A DNA stretch of 32,000 nucleotides from an uncultured Candidatus Saccharibacteria bacterium (lineage in GTDB: Bacteria > Patescibacteriota > Minisyncoccia > UBA6257 > UBA11618), in assembly GCA_964432405.1 (NCBI GenBank), contig CAYSNH010000004.1, positions 10,737 to 42,736 of the forward strand, written 5' to 3'. A model generated the notes under the pieces. That model was not told the origin of the DNA. It did no database searches and was given only the letters and a program-made list of their open reading frames with translations. Positions 31,648 through 32,000 of this stretch are shown in pieces. How positions within the stretch are numbered: the stretch's first letter is position 1; every line of letters starts with the position of its first letter. A program made the position numbers and the translations under genes.

Positions 31648-32000
31648 ATGCCTAAAAAGAAGAATAATAAACAAGCTTTTTGGATTGTTCTAGCTCTAGT
31701 ATTAACCGTCCTTTTATTTGGCGGTTTTTTCTCTAAGGGAGATGTTGCTGTTGAGGCTGAAAGCGGGTGTGAGGAGGGGTATGAGTGTCAGTCTAAAGGA
31801 AGTTGTTCTGGGGATGTGGGTAAGTTTTGCGATGAAGGAGGGATAAAAGGGTATTGTTGTAAGAGTAAAACATGCCAAGGAGAGGGTTGTTGCGGTGATG
31901 ATGCCAAATGGAAAGATGGTAAATGTGTTGGCAATTGTGATAACGGTGATAACGGTGATAACGGTGATAACGGTGATAACGGTGATAACGGTGATAACGG
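31648..32000 (+). CDS. Partial (3'-truncated by window) secreted/anchored Cys-rich protein with (GDN)n repeats
   Basis: My own translation, since this ORF is absent from the track (no stop in window): MPKKKNNKQAFWIVLALVLTVLLFGGFFSKGDVAVEAESGCEEGYECQSKGSCSGDVGKFCDEGGIKGYCCKSKTCQGEGCCGDDAKWKDGKCVGNCDNGDNGDN... TACAAT at 31635-31640 is 7 nt upstream of the ATG. Confidence 0.55.
   Translation, partial: MPKKKNNKQAFWIVLALVLTVLLFGGFFSKGDVAVEAESGCEEGYECQSKGSCSGDVGKFCDEGGIKGYCCKSKTCQGEGCCGDDAKWKDGKCVGNCDNGDNGDNGDNGDNGDNGDN
31936..32000 (+). repeat. 9-bp in-frame tandem repeat: GGTGATAAC x6 perfect, plus a leading TGTGATAAC, continuing past the window edge
   Basis: Directly visible; the array is still running at position 32000. 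Confidence 0.95.

Overview
AT-rich, tightly packed bacterial chromosome segment. In hand counts of 60-nt lines, host genes have about 19-26 G+C. Gene content suggests a small-genome monoderm, plausibly Patescibacteria/CPR. This placement is inference from a DUF4012 envelope protein, compact aminoacyl-tRNA synthetases and a secretin-less type IV pilus locus with ComFC.

Layout, left to right:
- DUF4012 protein and a GT4 glycosyltransferase (minus strand)
- rplS, tRNA-Leu and a PH-domain membrane protein
- a BadF-type sugar kinase
- recO, a large anchored surface protein, glyQS, an M16 peptidase and an AI-2E permease
- metG, tatD and leuS
- a cadherin-like surface protein
- a small His/Cys/Gly-rich secreted protein and HtrA (minus strand)
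- a five-tRNA cluster
- comFC, divergent from a complete type IV pilus operon (pilM-N-O, a 96-aa ORF, pilB, pilT, pilC, major pilin, pilD, four minor pilins)
- a partial Cys-rich repeat protein running off the window

The most unusual signal is five self-contained small-ORF modules in intergenic gaps between housekeeping operons. Each has a sigma70-like promoter, a 30-60 nt leader, an AAGGAG Shine-Dalgarno 6-8 nt from the start, and a strong intrinsic terminator. Four are clearly GC-enriched (30-34 G+C per 60 nt) and encode orphan proteins I cannot assign to any family.

Host transcription units look different. I saw no AAGGAG-type SD before the host starts I read. About ten unit-leading genes carry a -10 hexamer only 6-9 nt upstream of the start codon, a leaderless-like geometry.

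Other items:
- two small secreted proteins ending in 9-bp (GDF/GDN) tandem repeats
- a structured 206-nt gap between pilB and pilT
- a possible small RNA or long 3' UTR after the pilus operon
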